From Octopus sinensis (Eukaryota), in contig NW_021835350.1 of the NCBI RefSeq assembly GCF_006345805.1, forward strand, positions 1 through 61,008: DNA of 61,008 nucleotides, written 5' to 3'. Made by a program: the position numbers and the translations under genes. Under the pieces are notes generated by a model. It ran no database searches. It saw nothing but the letters and a program-made list of their open reading frames with translations, and was not told the origin of the DNA. This document shows, piece by piece, positions 1 through 15,065 of the stretch. Position 1 is the stretch's first letter; each line of letters opens with the position of its first letter.

Positions 1-51
1 ACACTTTCATATATGTGCATATTTATTTGGGTGGCGTATATTTATGAATAT

Positions 52-108
52 ATATATATGTATGTATGTATGTACGTATGTATGCAATATATTATATTTA
101 TGAATATA

Positions 109-156
<48 letters not shown>

Positions 157-290
157 TAGTTAAATGCTTTGATATTGTGCATATTTATGTGGGTACGTAT
201 ATTTATTATGAATATCTACCTCTTTACGTATATACACAAACATATATACATATACACGCATTTGTATGCATGTATGTATGTATACTTACA

Positions 291-335
<45 letters not shown>
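52..335. repeat. (TA)n/(TATG)n compound microsatellite
   Basis: Direct reading; explains the YI-repeat ORF 66..395. Confidence 0.95.
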
Positions 336-338
<3 letters not shown>

Positions 339-514
339 GTTGCTTCATTGGTCCTTTCTTCTTTCTCAGATAATAGATTCTGTGGATGCCACTGATATCA
401 AATATGTCTAATTCCATTATCTTTTACAACATTTCTTCGTATTTTATTTATACCTCTTGATACATTTTGATAATTGATAAAAAAAAATCTCAGCTATCTG
501 ACCTATATCCGCAG

Positions 515-540
515 GAAGGTCAGCGCGAGAGAAATCCGCT
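515..540 (+). CDS. Candidate 26-nt microexon
   Basis: CTGAC at 498-502 (branch-like), CAG at 512-514 and GTGAGT donor at 541-546; no protein similarity recognised. Confidence 0.2.
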
Positions 541-2149
541 GTGAGTCTGTGAATTTATCATTACAATGCATCGCAATCAATGTGACCTCATCGCCAGCAA
601 CATCAAGATACAACTTAAACTGTCGATGAAATTATGTCGGGAAATGTTAACTTTTTAATATGGCGACAATAACGACGTGGAAATTCAGTCGATGGTTGTC
701 AAATCTTAAAGCAGTTATTAGAACAGCCCTCTCACACTCTCTCAATCTCTCTCTTTTTTTCTTTCTTTCATTTGCTCCTAATCTCTTTCTCTCTTATTTC
801 ATGATATGTCTTACAACCTATGACTGGATATTACTTTGAGATTTCTATCTTGACACACGTTTTGCATAATTAAGGAGTTTCCTTCGACATCATACAGTTT
901 TTGCTAGAAATAGCCGAGAATTCCTCAAATTTTACATTTCTGTTTCTAGAATAAAATGCTGCCTTGTAGAAATTTGCATATGATACCCACAGATTCCATT
1001 AAAAAATATCCATCCACTCAGGTGGAAAGACGAAACTGTATGAACATCGGACCAAATTCCTTGTGACATTTGTTCCAGCACTTTGCGTTCTGCGTTCAAA
1101 TTTTGCCGTGGCCTCGTGGGTGATAGATTTAATCCACCTCCCAGTTTCGAGTTGCTTCGGCTACAGTGTTTCCTTTTTTGTACTCATAAATCATTATGTG
1201 TCTTAAATGCTCTTTGGAAACTTCCATGTTACAAAGGGTTTTAATCAACGAAATTTTAATTCTATTATTCTGTAAAATAATATTTAATTAGTTTAAATGT
1301 ACAAAAATGTATAAAGATATTTTTTAAATTCCATTAGACATTCTAAAATACTATTATTAAATTTCTTTCAATTTTAAAAAAGGTAAAATCGGACAGAACT
1401 TATGGGATGACATGATATATCCATTTCACATTTTCAGTAACGTCTAGGAATGCATTATGTATATGTGTACTTCAGTTTTGAAAACACAAAAGAATAATTT
1501 TTGAGATGTTTGGTTAACATTTCTAGCGACTCGAACGAACATTTCGAGCCATAATCTTTTTGATCTGTCATTACAATATAGATAAGAATTACAGATTGAA
1601 GGAAATATCTAGGGACATCCACTGTAAAAGAAAGAAAAAAAATTGTTGTAAACAGGAAAGTACCATTCCTTATTAATATACTGGTATTTTTTCCCATCAA
1701 TTGGAGCAGATCATTAATTAGTAAAAAAAATTCTTAGCTCGCTTTTATTAATTCCCTCAGCACCTAATTATAGTTATAACATACGCTTAATTTGTAAAAA
1801 TGTTAGCAATAATTTTTCTTTTTCACAAAAATAATTGAACTTATCGTTAAAACGATTCTCTCCGGTTAGTAGTAGTCACGATAGATATGGTAGCAGCAGA
1901 CATGACAGGCGGACTGTCAAAGATCTTTGAGTGAAGCATATAAATAGTTTATTTTCGATTCAAAACTGATCTTTCAGCCAACTTCGGAATTCTATAACTA
2001 TGGTGACTTTTGACAATTGCATGACATGTAATTAATTCTTCTTCAGTCTTCATTGGTTGGCCTTCTTTTCAAATTTATTGTTAATCTATGAACGCCATAA
2101 AGATATGAATTTTTGGATGCACATATATATTTCAGTATGTATTTCGAAT

Positions 2150-2157
2150 ATATCTAT

Positions 2158-2188
<31 letters not shown>

Positions 2189-2215
2189 TATTGTATATAA
2201 ATCTTTCTCTCCTCC

Positions 2216-2294
<79 letters not shown>

Positions 2295-2332
2295 CTTGTT
2301 TCAGTCATTTGACTTAACCTTAAACTCACGGG

Positions 2333-2403
<71 letters not shown>

Positions 2404-2600
2404 TATATATACATATATATATACTATACATATACACACACATATATATATATATATAATATATACCTACATATACACACATACATACAAATATAGATAC
2501 GTACGTGAGCACGTATGTACGTATGTACATATGTATGTATGTATGTATGTAGTATGTATGTATGTATGTATCGATCTATCTATCTATCTATCTATATATC
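2150..2600. repeat. Compound (CA)n/(TC)n/(TA)n/(TATG)n microsatellite
   Basis: Direct reading. Confidence 0.95.
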
Positions 2601-3689
2601 TATCTATGTGTATATGTATGTATAGTTGTATTTATATGTACAGACTCCCTATCTTTGAGAGATATCGAACATAAAAATTTGAAATTTCCAACATCTCACA
2701 ACGACATAATACATTTCCTTCAATGTACTGGATCTATCTCCATATTTAAATGCCTTAGTTGCTTAGATGGGCGCACTAAGATATGGCGCATTGAGTCCTT
2801 AAGCAAGTTCCCTCATATTACTTTATAGAGGTTCTCATAGCCGAACGATGTTGCAGCTCCCACTCTCTTCAGCCGACCCTCCCACCCGTTGTTCTACTGC
2901 ACTAAGTAAGGTAGTCCTGACAGTATGTTTGCAAAGGCCCTAACGCACTTAGTGAAAATATGATGCATGTATTCGGATCACCCTCGCTTGCAAGTGACGG
3001 CTATACTTTTTATCTTATGTATAATTCAGTGATTTTCTCTCTTTATATTATACACCATTTTTTATGAATTTCACAATCCATTAAATCCTCTTTCATTTAA
3101 CTTATCTTAGTTTAATATTTATGGTAAAATGACTCTTTATAAACACATCATTATAAATATTGACGAATAGAAATAAAATATTATTAACATGTTCCTAAAA
3201 TAAATTTACATTATTTCCTTCTCTTATGCAAACAAAATCTTCGTTGTTTTAATCTTGAGAAAATATTTGTTTTTATTCTTAATCAAGTAGGTCACAAGCT
3301 AACAAATTAATCATTGAAATAACCGCGTGCTTTGCTATTGTTATGTCTGTATTTTCATTAATCTATGATTAATGAAAATACTGATCTCTAAATATATCTG
3401 TGAAGAGGAGGTTGGTTTCTCAATGTCTTATTTATTTCAAACACACGACTTTAGTAAACATACGTAGAGCAAAATACAAACACATCTCTCTTAGGTAAAT
3501 ATAACAAGTCACTTAAGGATTTCCAGGGCACTTTATATTACATGCAATTACTTTGCAGATCCCAAAGCGATGTAAAATGAGTCTGTTGCAGGATGGAATA
3601 TGATCAGGGGTGTGAAGAGTTTTAAGTAGATAGACCCAGGCTTTGGAACGATGTGGTTTTGGATTAGGTGCTCATGCGTGGCCTCTTGG

Positions 3690-3760
3690 ACAGGAGTCGT
3701 CTACCATAGCCCTGGGCCGGCCAATGCCCTGAGAGATAATTTGGTTGGAAACTCACCATG
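3690..3760 (+). mobile_element. Diverged family C (CORE-like) SINE fragment
   Basis: gcgtggcctcttggacaggagtcgtctaccatagccctgggccggccaatgccc aligns by eye with the 53120-53282 copy. Confidence 0.55.
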
Positions 3761-3829
<69 letters not shown>

Positions 3830-4339
3830 CATGTTAGTGACTTTGTGTTATTTACAAATATATAACATGTTTATGTTATCATTGTTATGTCCTGATACGA
3901 TCTCAAATGCATCTGTGATCAATGGCATTTCAAACCTTGATCATCCAATTGTGCTTTATTTCATGACCCCTCGCTCCACCACCACAAACAATGGATGAAA
4001 AGCAGAGGTGACGTTGGAGGGATATTAAATTCAAAATGTAGAGTCACAACAATGCCGTTAAACAAGTTTTCTCAAGATCGCCAATGCTATTCACACCACA
4101 GCGAAATGCAACATCAGGATTTATTACCGTCCAACATGATTGTCCTCGGTGTGTGTTGGTGTGTGTGGTGTGTGTGTGTGTGTGTGGAATATTGAGCTTC
4201 TAAGTAAAGATTAGCAGCTAAATACATTAAATGTACATCACTTCAAAATTAAATTACGAAGACAGCTTAAACACGTTCTGCATATATAACTACACCAGTA
4301 TCTAACTAAAAACACACAAACACACACATATATAGCCAT

Positions 4340-4395
4340 AGAGAGACAGACAGGCAGAAAGACACATAGATAGATAGATAGAAAGATAGATAGAA

Positions 4396-4426
<31 letters not shown>

Positions 4427-4431
4427 TACAC

Positions 4432-4482
<51 letters not shown>
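4340..4482. repeat. (GATA)n/(GA)n microsatellite
   Basis: Direct reading. Confidence 0.95.
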
Positions 4483-4483
<1 letters not shown>

Positions 4484-4653
4484 GTTCAGGCTCGTGACCA
4501 ACTATTCGTATGCATCATTAGTACTTGTGTATCTAGTGCATGTGTGTATGTGTGTGTGCGTCTCTATGTATGTGTGTGTGCATGTATGTGCATACGTGTG
4601 TGTGTGAAAATGGTCGCCCAAATATCACAAGCGATCTCCTGTCCATTCATCAG

Positions 4654-4741
4654 GAAATTGCGTATGTTAAAAGACGTGCCAAACTCCAAAATAAGTGAAA
4701 TGGCCATCAAACAAGTGAATAACTTGAAAACATTCGTTTGA
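4654..4741 (+). CDS. Candidate terminal coding exon
   Basis: Pyrimidine-rich CAG acceptor at 4651-4653; open readings EIAYVKRRAKLQNK* or KLRMLKDVPNSKISEMAIKQVNNLKTFV*; AATAAA near 4790. Confidence 0.2.
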
Positions 4742-5189
4742 AAGTCGATTGGTGATGCTGTATAAATTTAGATTTAAACAGATAATAATAAATAAAAAAA
4801 AAGGAAATGGTAAAAAGAATAGAATGGAAACAACAAGAGTATAATACAACGTAAGTTGAAGAGTTTGTTCAGAACAAACACGTTGCTTGTTTGTTAAGTG
4901 TGAAGAGTTGCGTTGGTATAAATATTGACTGAAAGCAGGTTGATTAAAACGGAAACGCTGATTGATCTCTTGTTAGCAAAGAGGAATCAAATGATTGAAC
5001 AGATATTGCTTGGAATGTTTCCAAATAACTAATTGAGTCAAAAAGAGCCAAATTAGAGCTCGATCCCAAAATAGTTTGGTTCGTTCCTCTGAAGAATGTT
5101 TGTTTTACCTATTTTTGTATGACATACAAAAACATATCGCATTCCACAAACATGCATACATAAATACTAACACATACATAATATATAAA

Positions 5190-5201
5190 CATATATATGT
5201 G

Positions 5202-5252
<51 letters not shown>

Positions 5253-5450
5253 ATGTATATATGTATATATGTGTATGTATGTATGTGAAATGCAATTTTT
5301 GTGTGTCATACACAAATAGGTAAACTGTTCGACTAGAGGCGGTGTGCTCCAGCATGGCCGCAGTCAAATGCCTGAAACAAGTATAAGAATAATAGAATAT
5401 ATATGTATATAAATGTATACATATAGACATATATATATATATATATAATG

Positions 5451-5491
<41 letters not shown>

Positions 5492-5681
5492 TATATATAT
5501 ATATATATATGTACATATATGTATATATATGTATATATGTATGTGTGTATGCATGTTTGTGTAATGCAGTATTTTTGTATGTATATATATGCGTGTGTGT
5601 GTATGTGCATAATCGTACACATACATACACATGCACATACACATATGCATATATATTATAGAAAGATGGATAGCTTGATAG

Positions 5682-5760
<79 letters not shown>
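5190..5760. repeat. (TA)n and (GATA)n microsatellites with an embedded family D SINE tail at ~5317-5392
   Basis: Direct reading; ggtgtgctccagcatggccgcagtcaaatg is the family D tail. Confidence 0.9.
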
Positions 5761-5761
<1 letters not shown>

Positions 5762-6251
5762 GAGCCTTCGTCGTCCGACAAAGAAGACTCCCTCGTTCGA
5801 TTAGCTGACTTATGTGCTCCTGGATTAAAGCATAGCTGACCGAGCATTCCATAGACACACGTATTCCTGACATAATCAACAAGGAGAATCGGCTTCATAT
5901 AGTTTGTACCTTTTGAATTAGAGATAAAATCCATCCGAAGAACATTTATGCGGTTTTTCTTAACACAGTTTCTCACACAATGTATGGAGCTATAGAAAAA
6001 GGCATTTGCCCAATCTCTTAAGCACTAGGGTCAAATTTGGAACCTAGTGGTTGGGATGCGAACTACTTAAACACCCCTTCATACCGTTCCTATATCTTAA
6101 GAAATAGATTGTAAATAAAGCATCGGTTATTTCATGGCTGAGGCAAGACAATGTCATTCTGTTAAGTCGCAATACACAGTGGCTGTGTGAGCGACGAAAT
6201 CCTCGTCGCCACTGTTACGTCGCACGTTCGGATGCCTTCTACTCTACTACT

Positions 6252-6630
6252 GTGGAGGCGCAATGGCCAAGTGGTTAGGGCAGCGGACTCGCGGTGTAGG
6301 ATCGCGGTTTCGATTCCCAGACCGGGCGTTGTGAGTGTTTATTGAGCGAAAACACCTAAAGCTCCACGAGGCTCCGTAAGGGGATGGTGGTGATCCCTGC
6401 TGTACTCTTTCACCACAACTTTCTCTCACTCTTACTTCATGTTTCTGCTGTACCTGTATTTCAAAGGGCCGGCCTTGTCACTCTCTGTGTCACGCTGAAT
6501 ATCCCCGAGAACTACGTTAAGGGTGCACGTGTCTGTGGAGTGCTCAGCCACTTACACGTTAATTTCACGAACAGGCTGTTCCGTTGGTCGGATCAACCGG
6601 AACCCTCGTCGTCGGAACCGACGGAGTGCT
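6252..6630 (+). mobile_element. tRNA-derived SINE, family A, near full length
   Basis: tRNA-like head ggaggcgcaatggccaagtggttagggcagcgg...ggtttcgattccc with A/B-box-like motifs; 5 further copies in window; actctactac repeated at 6241-6250 and 6634-6643. Confidence 0.9.
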
Positions 6631-7083
6631 TGTACTCTACTACTCTACTCTCACCGCTACTCCTGTTCTCTGCTGATGTCTAGGCTTCTCCCTATATATC
6701 TACGTATTGGGCTAGCCTACTTCAACGCCTGGGGGCGTCCACACAACACATTGATCGGGAGAATTAGCGAGAGACTGACAAGGCTGTACGTTTTGAGTTG
6801 CATCTTCAATCTACCCACACGGAATTCTACAGTTTCTGTCAGCCCAATTTTCCCTAAAAGATATGGTACTCGACCCGAGACCACGAAAAGTTAACATGCA
6901 GTGGAAACCAATCTTTATCCTACACTCAAATATATCTATGATGGGAATGCATATTGTGTCTGTCTGCTTCTCCGCGCGCATATTTGTGTATTTCAGTATA
7001 TAGGCAATGTTGTACAAGCATGTATATATATATATCTTCAGATATACATAAATAAATCCATCCATCCATCCATCTATATATTT

Positions 7084-7315
7084 ATTTCTTTATTACCCAC
7101 AAGGGGCTAAACACAGAGGGGACAATCAAGGACAGACAAATGGATTAAGTCGATTATATCGACCCCAGTGCGTAACTGGTACTTATTTAATCGACCCCGA
7201 AAGGATGAAAGGCAAAGTCGACTTCGGCGGAATTTGAGCTCTGAACGAAGCGGCAGACAAAATACGGCTACGCATTTCACCCGGCTTGCTAACGTTTCTG
7301 CCAGCTCGCCGCCTT
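7084..7315 (-). mobile_element. tRNA-derived SINE, family B monomer
   Basis: Head aaggcggcgagctggcagaaacgttagc plus gcctttcatcctttcggggtcga core; perfect 17-bp TSD ccatccatctatatatt at 7066-7082 and 7316-7332. Confidence 0.92.
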
Positions 7316-7492
7316 CCATCCATCTATATATTGGTGTATACGAGTCTATGTATATGTATGTATGTATATATGTGTATATGAATGTATATACATATAAATA
7401 TGTATATAAATAAATATCTGTTTATATATACACTCCTATACTGCCAAGTAACGACTAAACGCACACCACTCATACATACATACATGCATACC

Positions 7493-7524
<32 letters not shown>

Positions 7525-7565
7525 CAGGTGATATATGATTACATATATGTTTATATATAATATAT

Positions 7566-7627
<62 letters not shown>

Positions 7628-7896
7628 GTTTACAGTTGTTACCTTGCAAGGAATGTTAGATGTGAGTATACAATGTGCCGTAAGAATCGTCGTAAATAAT
7701 TTGAATAATAGCATCATAAATATAAGAATAAAACCGATAGATAAAAGGAACTGTGACAGTCGAGTCACTGACATTTCCTTGTCATGTGATATACATCTGC
7801 AGTAGATTTGTACGTGTCTTTAAAGTCTTCGCATACGTTTACGGAAACTTCGTGGGTTTCCTTTTTCGTGTGAAAAGCTCTGTATGTATAATATAT

Positions 7897-7945
7897 ATCG
7901 CGTTGTTGTGTTTTCTCTTTGTATTTTCATGTTTGGATTAACTAT
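7897..7945 (+). mobile_element. 3' terminus of the hammerhead-bearing short element (truncated copy)
   Basis: cgcgttgttgtgttttctctttgtattttcatgtttggattaac(TA)n is shared with 33363-33570 and 55200-55405. Confidence 0.8.
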
Positions 7946-8629
7946 ATATATATATATATTATATGTTCACCCCAACCTACCTCCGTCTGTGTATAGATCT
8001 ATATATTCGTGTCAGATTGATAAAAGCAGAATTCCGTTTTTGATTTGAAGAAGATGTTGCTTCCCTCTATCATTGCAAAATTTCCATTTTTGTATTATTT
8101 TTTTGTATTATATTTTGTATTATCTTTTTTTCTTCGGTGGTTTTGTCAGAGGTACGTAACTACGAATGGCATAAAAGATCGCTTGGGAAATTCCTATTCT
8201 TCTCAACTGATTCTGCATGACTGTAGCCTTTGACCATATTCTTCATGTCATCCTCTATGTCAAAACGCATAAACTACGACTCTTTGTGAAGTAGCATCTT
8301 TAGTAATATACTCAACCATGTTTTCCTAGAATCAGACACAAACAGCCCTGATCTTTATATAGAAATGTATCAGTACCGAAAGCCCGTGTTTGGAACTGTC
8401 ATGAATGCTAAGCAGCTTAGATCAACCTTTGTATTTTGAGCTAAAAATTTCTGTATAATGAAAGGTTGTGTGGTTAGGAAGATCGCTTTGCAATCACGTG
8501 TGTTAGGGTTCAGGCCCACTGCGCTGCACTTCGGGGTAAATATCTTCTACTATAGCCATAGAGCCGCAAATGTCACATGAGTAAATTTGATGGAAACTGT
8601 GTAGAATTCCCTTCTATTTGTATTCTTTT

Positions 8630-8985
8630 ATTCTTTTAAGTGTTTCAGTCATTTGACTTTGGCCATGCTGGAGCTCCACCTTAAAGGTTTTCATAGTCAA
8701 AGAAACTGACCCCAGGACTTAGTCTTTGTAAGCCTAGTGCTTATTCCATCCGTCTCTGTTGCCAAATCGCTAGAATACAGGGACAATCTCACACACACAC
8801 ACACACATATACACACATACATACATATACGACGGGATTCTTTCAGTTTCCGTGTGCCAAATCCACTCACCAGCCCTTGGTCAGCCCGAGGCTATTGTAG
8901 AAGGCACTTGCCCAAGGTGTCACGCAGTGAGACTGAACCCGGAACTACGTGGCTGGGATGCAAGCTGTTTAACACACAGCTACAA
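8630..8985 (-). mobile_element. Composite SINE: family C head + internal (CA/TA)n + family D tail
   Basis: C part ~8826-8985, D part ~8630-8790; the same arrangement recurs at 9555-9812, 19800-20235 and 57050-57410. Confidence 0.8.
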
Positions 8986-9173
8986 CTGCACTTATCTATG
9001 TATGTATGTATCTATTACATATATATATTATATAGATATATATATATATACATATATATATATATTATATATATATATATAATATATATTATGATATATA
9101 TATTATTGAATATATATATATGATATATATAATATATATATATATATATTAATGTATATATGCAATATTATAT

Positions 9174-9212
<39 letters not shown>

Positions 9213-9554
9213 CATACATACATATATCAAACATATATCAAAAACAAAGGCACACCTACATACTCGTATCCATACATCAATGCACGCGTGTGTTTATGAA
9301 TGTGTGTTTTTTCTGTCTGTTCCTTATCTCCATTCCTTAACAAACTATGTTAGTTTGTTTAAATCCCCGTTAACCAGCGGTTCGGCAAAAGAGATCGACA
9401 GAATAAACACCAGGCTTAAGAACTAAGCACTGTGGTTGATTAATTCGACATAAAATTCATTAAGGTGTTGTCCCAGTCTGGTCGCAGTCTAATGACTGAG
9501 ACACAGGAAACATAACGATAAAAGTTTTTTTTTTCTAGAGCGACTTGCTTTATA

Positions 9555-10520
9555 TCTTTTACTTTTTACTTGTTTAAGTCATTATACTGCGGCCATGCTG
9601 GTGCACCGCTTTGGACTTTTATTCGAATGAATCGACCCCAAGTCACTTTTGCCGAACTGCTAAACACACCAACACCGGTTGTGAAGCGGTGATGGGGGAA
9701 CAAATGCAGATGCAAAGACACACACACTATATATATATATATATACGACGGGCTTCTTTCAGTTTCCGTCTACCAAATCCACTCACAAGGCTTTGGTCGG
9801 CCTGAGGATATATATTTCTTTACTATCCACAAGGGGCTAAACACAGAAAGGACAAACAAGGACAGAAAAAGGGATTAAGTCGATTACATCGACCCCAGTG
9901 CGAAACTGGTACTTTATTTATTTGACCCCGAAAGGATGAAAGGCAAAGTCGATCTCGGCGGATTTTGAACTCAGAACGTAACGGCAGACAAAATACCTAT
10001 TTCTTTACTAGCCACAAGGGGCTAAACACAGAGGGGACAAACAAGGACAGACAAACGGATCAAGTCGATTATATCGACCCCAGTGCGTAACTACTACTTA
10101 GTTTATCGACCCCGAAAGGATGAAAGCCAAAGTCGAGCTTGGCGGAATTTGAACTCAGAACGTAACGGCAGACGAAATACCTATTTCTTTATTACCCACA
10201 AGGAGCTAAACATAGAGGGGACAAACAAGGACATACATAGGTATTAAGTCGATTACATCGACCCAGTGCGTAACTGGTACTTAATTTATCGACCCCGAAA
10301 GGATGAAAGGCAAAGTCGACTTCGGTGGAATTTGAACTCACAACGTAACGACAGACGAAATACGGCTACGCATTTCTCCCGGCGCGCTAACGTTTCTGCC
10401 AGCTCGCCGCCTTATATATAGCCTTAGGCTATAGTTGAAGACACTTGCCCAAGGTGTCACAAAGTGGGATTGAACCTGGAACCATGTAGTTGGGCAGCAT
10501 ACTTCTTACCAAACAGCAAC
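9555..10520 (-). mobile_element. C+D composite SINE interrupted by the family B trimer
   Basis: C sequence stops at 9812 and resumes at 10422 (ccttaggctatagttgaagacacttgcccaagg). Confidence 0.75.
9813..10413 (-). mobile_element. Family B SINE: one head + three tandem ~184-bp bodies
   Basis: Units 9813-9997, 9998-10181, 10182-10363; single head 10364-10413. Confidence 0.92.
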
Positions 10521-11096
10521 TCCTGCGACTATATTTTTTTTTCTCATTTTTCGAAATAATGGAGGATATATATGAAAACCATTGTTATATTTGGCTAATC
10601 GGACTAAGGATGGAAAGAATAAGGATGATCTCATTATCGAATATTAGTTGTGAAAATATCTTGCTGGAAAGATATTGAGGTTCTTAATGAGGCTCGCATT
10701 TTCTTTTCTTTTCTTTTCTTTTAGTCTAATTAAACATTCGAAAATAGCTTTCGACTTGTGGTAGGCAAAAAACGAATTTATCTGATATCGATTAAAAACG
10801 AAAAAGAAAAACCCAATACAGCATTGGTTATTACATGTGTTTTCTTAAAACGGCACCGACATCATCGAAGGAAGAATTCAGAAATAACCCTGGTCTTCAA
10901 TCTTTTATAGAATATTGAATCACTGGAAATAGAAATCTGTCACAAAGAAAGCGAAAAGATAACAAAAACGAAATTCAGTACATGTTCACATTCCCCATTA
11001 TTTTTCCTTCTATGAATTTTATGAATCTCGCATTTAAGCAACAAATCACATGCACAATTTCTTTTGTAATTGATCTGATCAGTTAGAACTTTCTTT

Positions 11097-11229
11097 TCAA
11101 ATTGAGCGTAGGTTTGGCGGAGTAGTGGCGTAGAGAGCTTTGCGGCCGCCCACTTCAAGATTCGTCCCATCTACACGAACTGGGCTGGACAAGTGCTTTC
11201 TCCAATAGCGCCAACTTGACCAAAGTTCT
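11097..11229. CDS. Candidate exon in a unique GC-elevated island, strand unresolved
   Basis: Minus: CAG acceptor at 11230-11228 then [42 protein letters not shown]. Plus: GTGAGT donor at 11230-11235 with one open frame. Confidence 0.3.
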
Positions 11230-11274
11230 GTGAGTGGCATTTGGGTGTTCAAGAATTCGGTACAGAAGTCTATA

Positions 11275-11372
<98 letters not shown>

Positions 11373-11450
11373 TTGTTTGTCTGTCTATTTATCTATTTAT
11401 TTATCTGTCTGCCTGTCAGATTATAGAGAGAGAGAGAGAGAGAGAGATCT
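11275..11450. repeat. (TATC)n/(GA)n microsatellite
   Basis: Direct reading. Confidence 0.95.
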
Positions 11451-12174
11451 ATTAACATCCCGACTCGACGTGACAATGAGCTAAAATTGAATCCGAAGTA
11501 GCCATCAGGACATTTCCAGTCAAAGTGGAAACAGCTCCAGTTAAAAGAAACACATTTTAATTCAACATATTATTCAATATATAAGGGAGGCAGGTATGAG
11601 TTGAGGAAAACTTATTTGCTATTTCTAGCACATGGATCGACCATTTATACGCAACGTCGATATTTCGTTTAAGTAGCATTATTTGTCGTAGTTATTACAG
11701 CATTTTTTGATATCCTTCATGTTGATTATGATAGCAATGATGACCATCTTTCCCGAGGCTATTTTAAACGGAAAATCCTCGAATTGGTAGAGAAATATTA
11801 AAAGCTGAATACACCGAGTCCATAACTCGCTCTGATTTATGACTGTCCAATTTTTTCGTTCAAGTTCATTGTAAATTCTATAGAGACATACACGGGTTTC
11901 GTATATCACAATTTGACATGCCAAATCAAGTTTGCAACGATGAAAGTTATGGATTTTGGCGTAGTCAAGAGCTCGGAGAAAAATAAAAGCTGCATAAAGC
12001 GTCTGATCTGCATTTGTCATATTCGCTGAGAATTTAAACCTCCTATCACAATTTCGTTAATACCTATCTGCGCCGAAACTGGATATGATTAATTTCTGCC
12101 TTTCTCTCTCCCCCTCTTTCTCTTTCTCTCTCTCTCATTCACACACACATACACACGCACACACACATTTTTTC

Positions 12175-12480
12175 ATTCTTACACTTGTTTAAATCGTTTG
12201 ACTGCGGCCAAGGTGGAGCACCGCCTTCAAGTCGAACAACTCAACCCCAGGACTTAGTTCTTAAGCCTAGTATGAATTCTCTCGGTCTTTTGTCGAACCG
12301 CTGAGTTACGGGAACGTTAACACTCCAAGACCGGTTATCAAACTGTCTGCGTTCAAATTCCGCCGAGATTGATTTTGTCTTTCATCCTTTCGACCTCGAT
12401 AAATTAAGTACCAGTTGCGTACTGGGATCCGTCTAATCGACTGGTCCCTCCCCAAAAATTTCGGGCCTTATGCAACCGCG
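12175..12480. mobile_element. Family D tail (minus) followed by a headless family B-type body (plus)
   Basis: tttgactgcggccaaggtggagcaccgcc, then gttcaaattccgccgag...tttcatcctttcg. Confidence 0.75.
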
Positions 12481-13017
12481 AAATGATGAAAATCAAATAA
12501 CAATAATAATGAACCTATTAGAGATAATGAAAGTACCAACCCCCTCTCTCTGTCTCACATTATCTATCTATCTTTCTAATATATATATGTATCGTTACAC
12601 ATTCATTCACATACACGCAAACCCTTATATAGATACATAGGCACACACACATACACACAATGGTACGCATTTTGTGTTCATCATTTCCATACGGCTGAAT
12701 GTGTTCATACGCATGCACAGAGACGGCATGCGTTATGTATAATGCATAGACGGCGAAACGGCGTGTATTAGCTACATAGATTAAAAATATACGCCTGATC
12801 GCGTACACACACACATACACACAAACTCATACACACACACATACACTTACACACACATGTATATATGTACGCACCGGTCTACACATTTAATTATACGCAC
12901 ATCAATGATTCCATACGTACGCCTGTGCATTCGTATGCGACTTTGGTTTCAAATATGCAATCACTTATATGAAACACGAATTACATTGCAGTACGAATAT
13001 ATATGCATAAATACACG

Positions 13018-13076
<59 letters not shown>

Positions 13077-13359
13077 GTATGTGTTTCCATAAATAATTTA
13101 GGATTGCTTGGTTAATTGATTCGGTATTTCAAATATGGAGACCAAAGCGACTGTAGAGGGAAATCATATTTCGCCGATAATCTATATCGGTTCATGTCTG
13201 TTGCTGTATTTAGGTGCAAACGATTCAATACTTAGATGGTGTCCGCACTCTGATAAATGAGGCATTTCTGTGGGCAAGGACGATTGTTATTCTTTCACTG
13301 CTAAGTAATTTATTTGTTCCGCTGCTTGTTCACTTTCTCATTTCCTCTTGCTTTCCTTT

Positions 13360-14760
<1,401 letters not shown>

Positions 14761-15065
14761 CAGGATGGAATGGGTAAAATGTTGCCTTTTTTATATTTCT
14801 AATTTCGTGCATGTGCACTTTAGGTATTTGATATTGCCGACTGCATATTATAGTAAGGTCAGTTAGACACCATCTGTGAAAAAAGCAGCGGCATCACACA
14901 ATTCACTCTGCCAGAAATTTGGAAACGCCATGCTGTACTGCTTGGCATTAGCGCCGGAAGATTCAATACGAACATTTCAGAGAGTTTATGTGTCAATCTG
15001 AGGACAGTTTCAGGACATGTACCGAGAGTGATAAAATCAAACATCCGGTCGATATCATGGTGTTT

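Noticed and set aside
6252-6330. tRNA gene calls for the SINE heads (also 23820-23892, 52043-52111)
   Set aside because: No complete cloverleaf or poly-T terminator; they run directly into SINE bodies
9813-10413. Regularly spaced repeats suggesting a CRISPR array
   Set aside because: Units are whole ~184-bp SINE bodies with no unique spacers; eukaryotic context and no cas genes
11700-11800. FFDILHVDYDSNDDHLSRGYFKRKILELVEKY, loosely PDI-like
   Set aside because: Short, ends at a stop where PDI would continue, and has no supporting exons
11890-12030. MKVMDFGVVK resembling a kinase DFG motif
   Set aside because: No HRD motif at the proper spacing and no coherent exon boundaries
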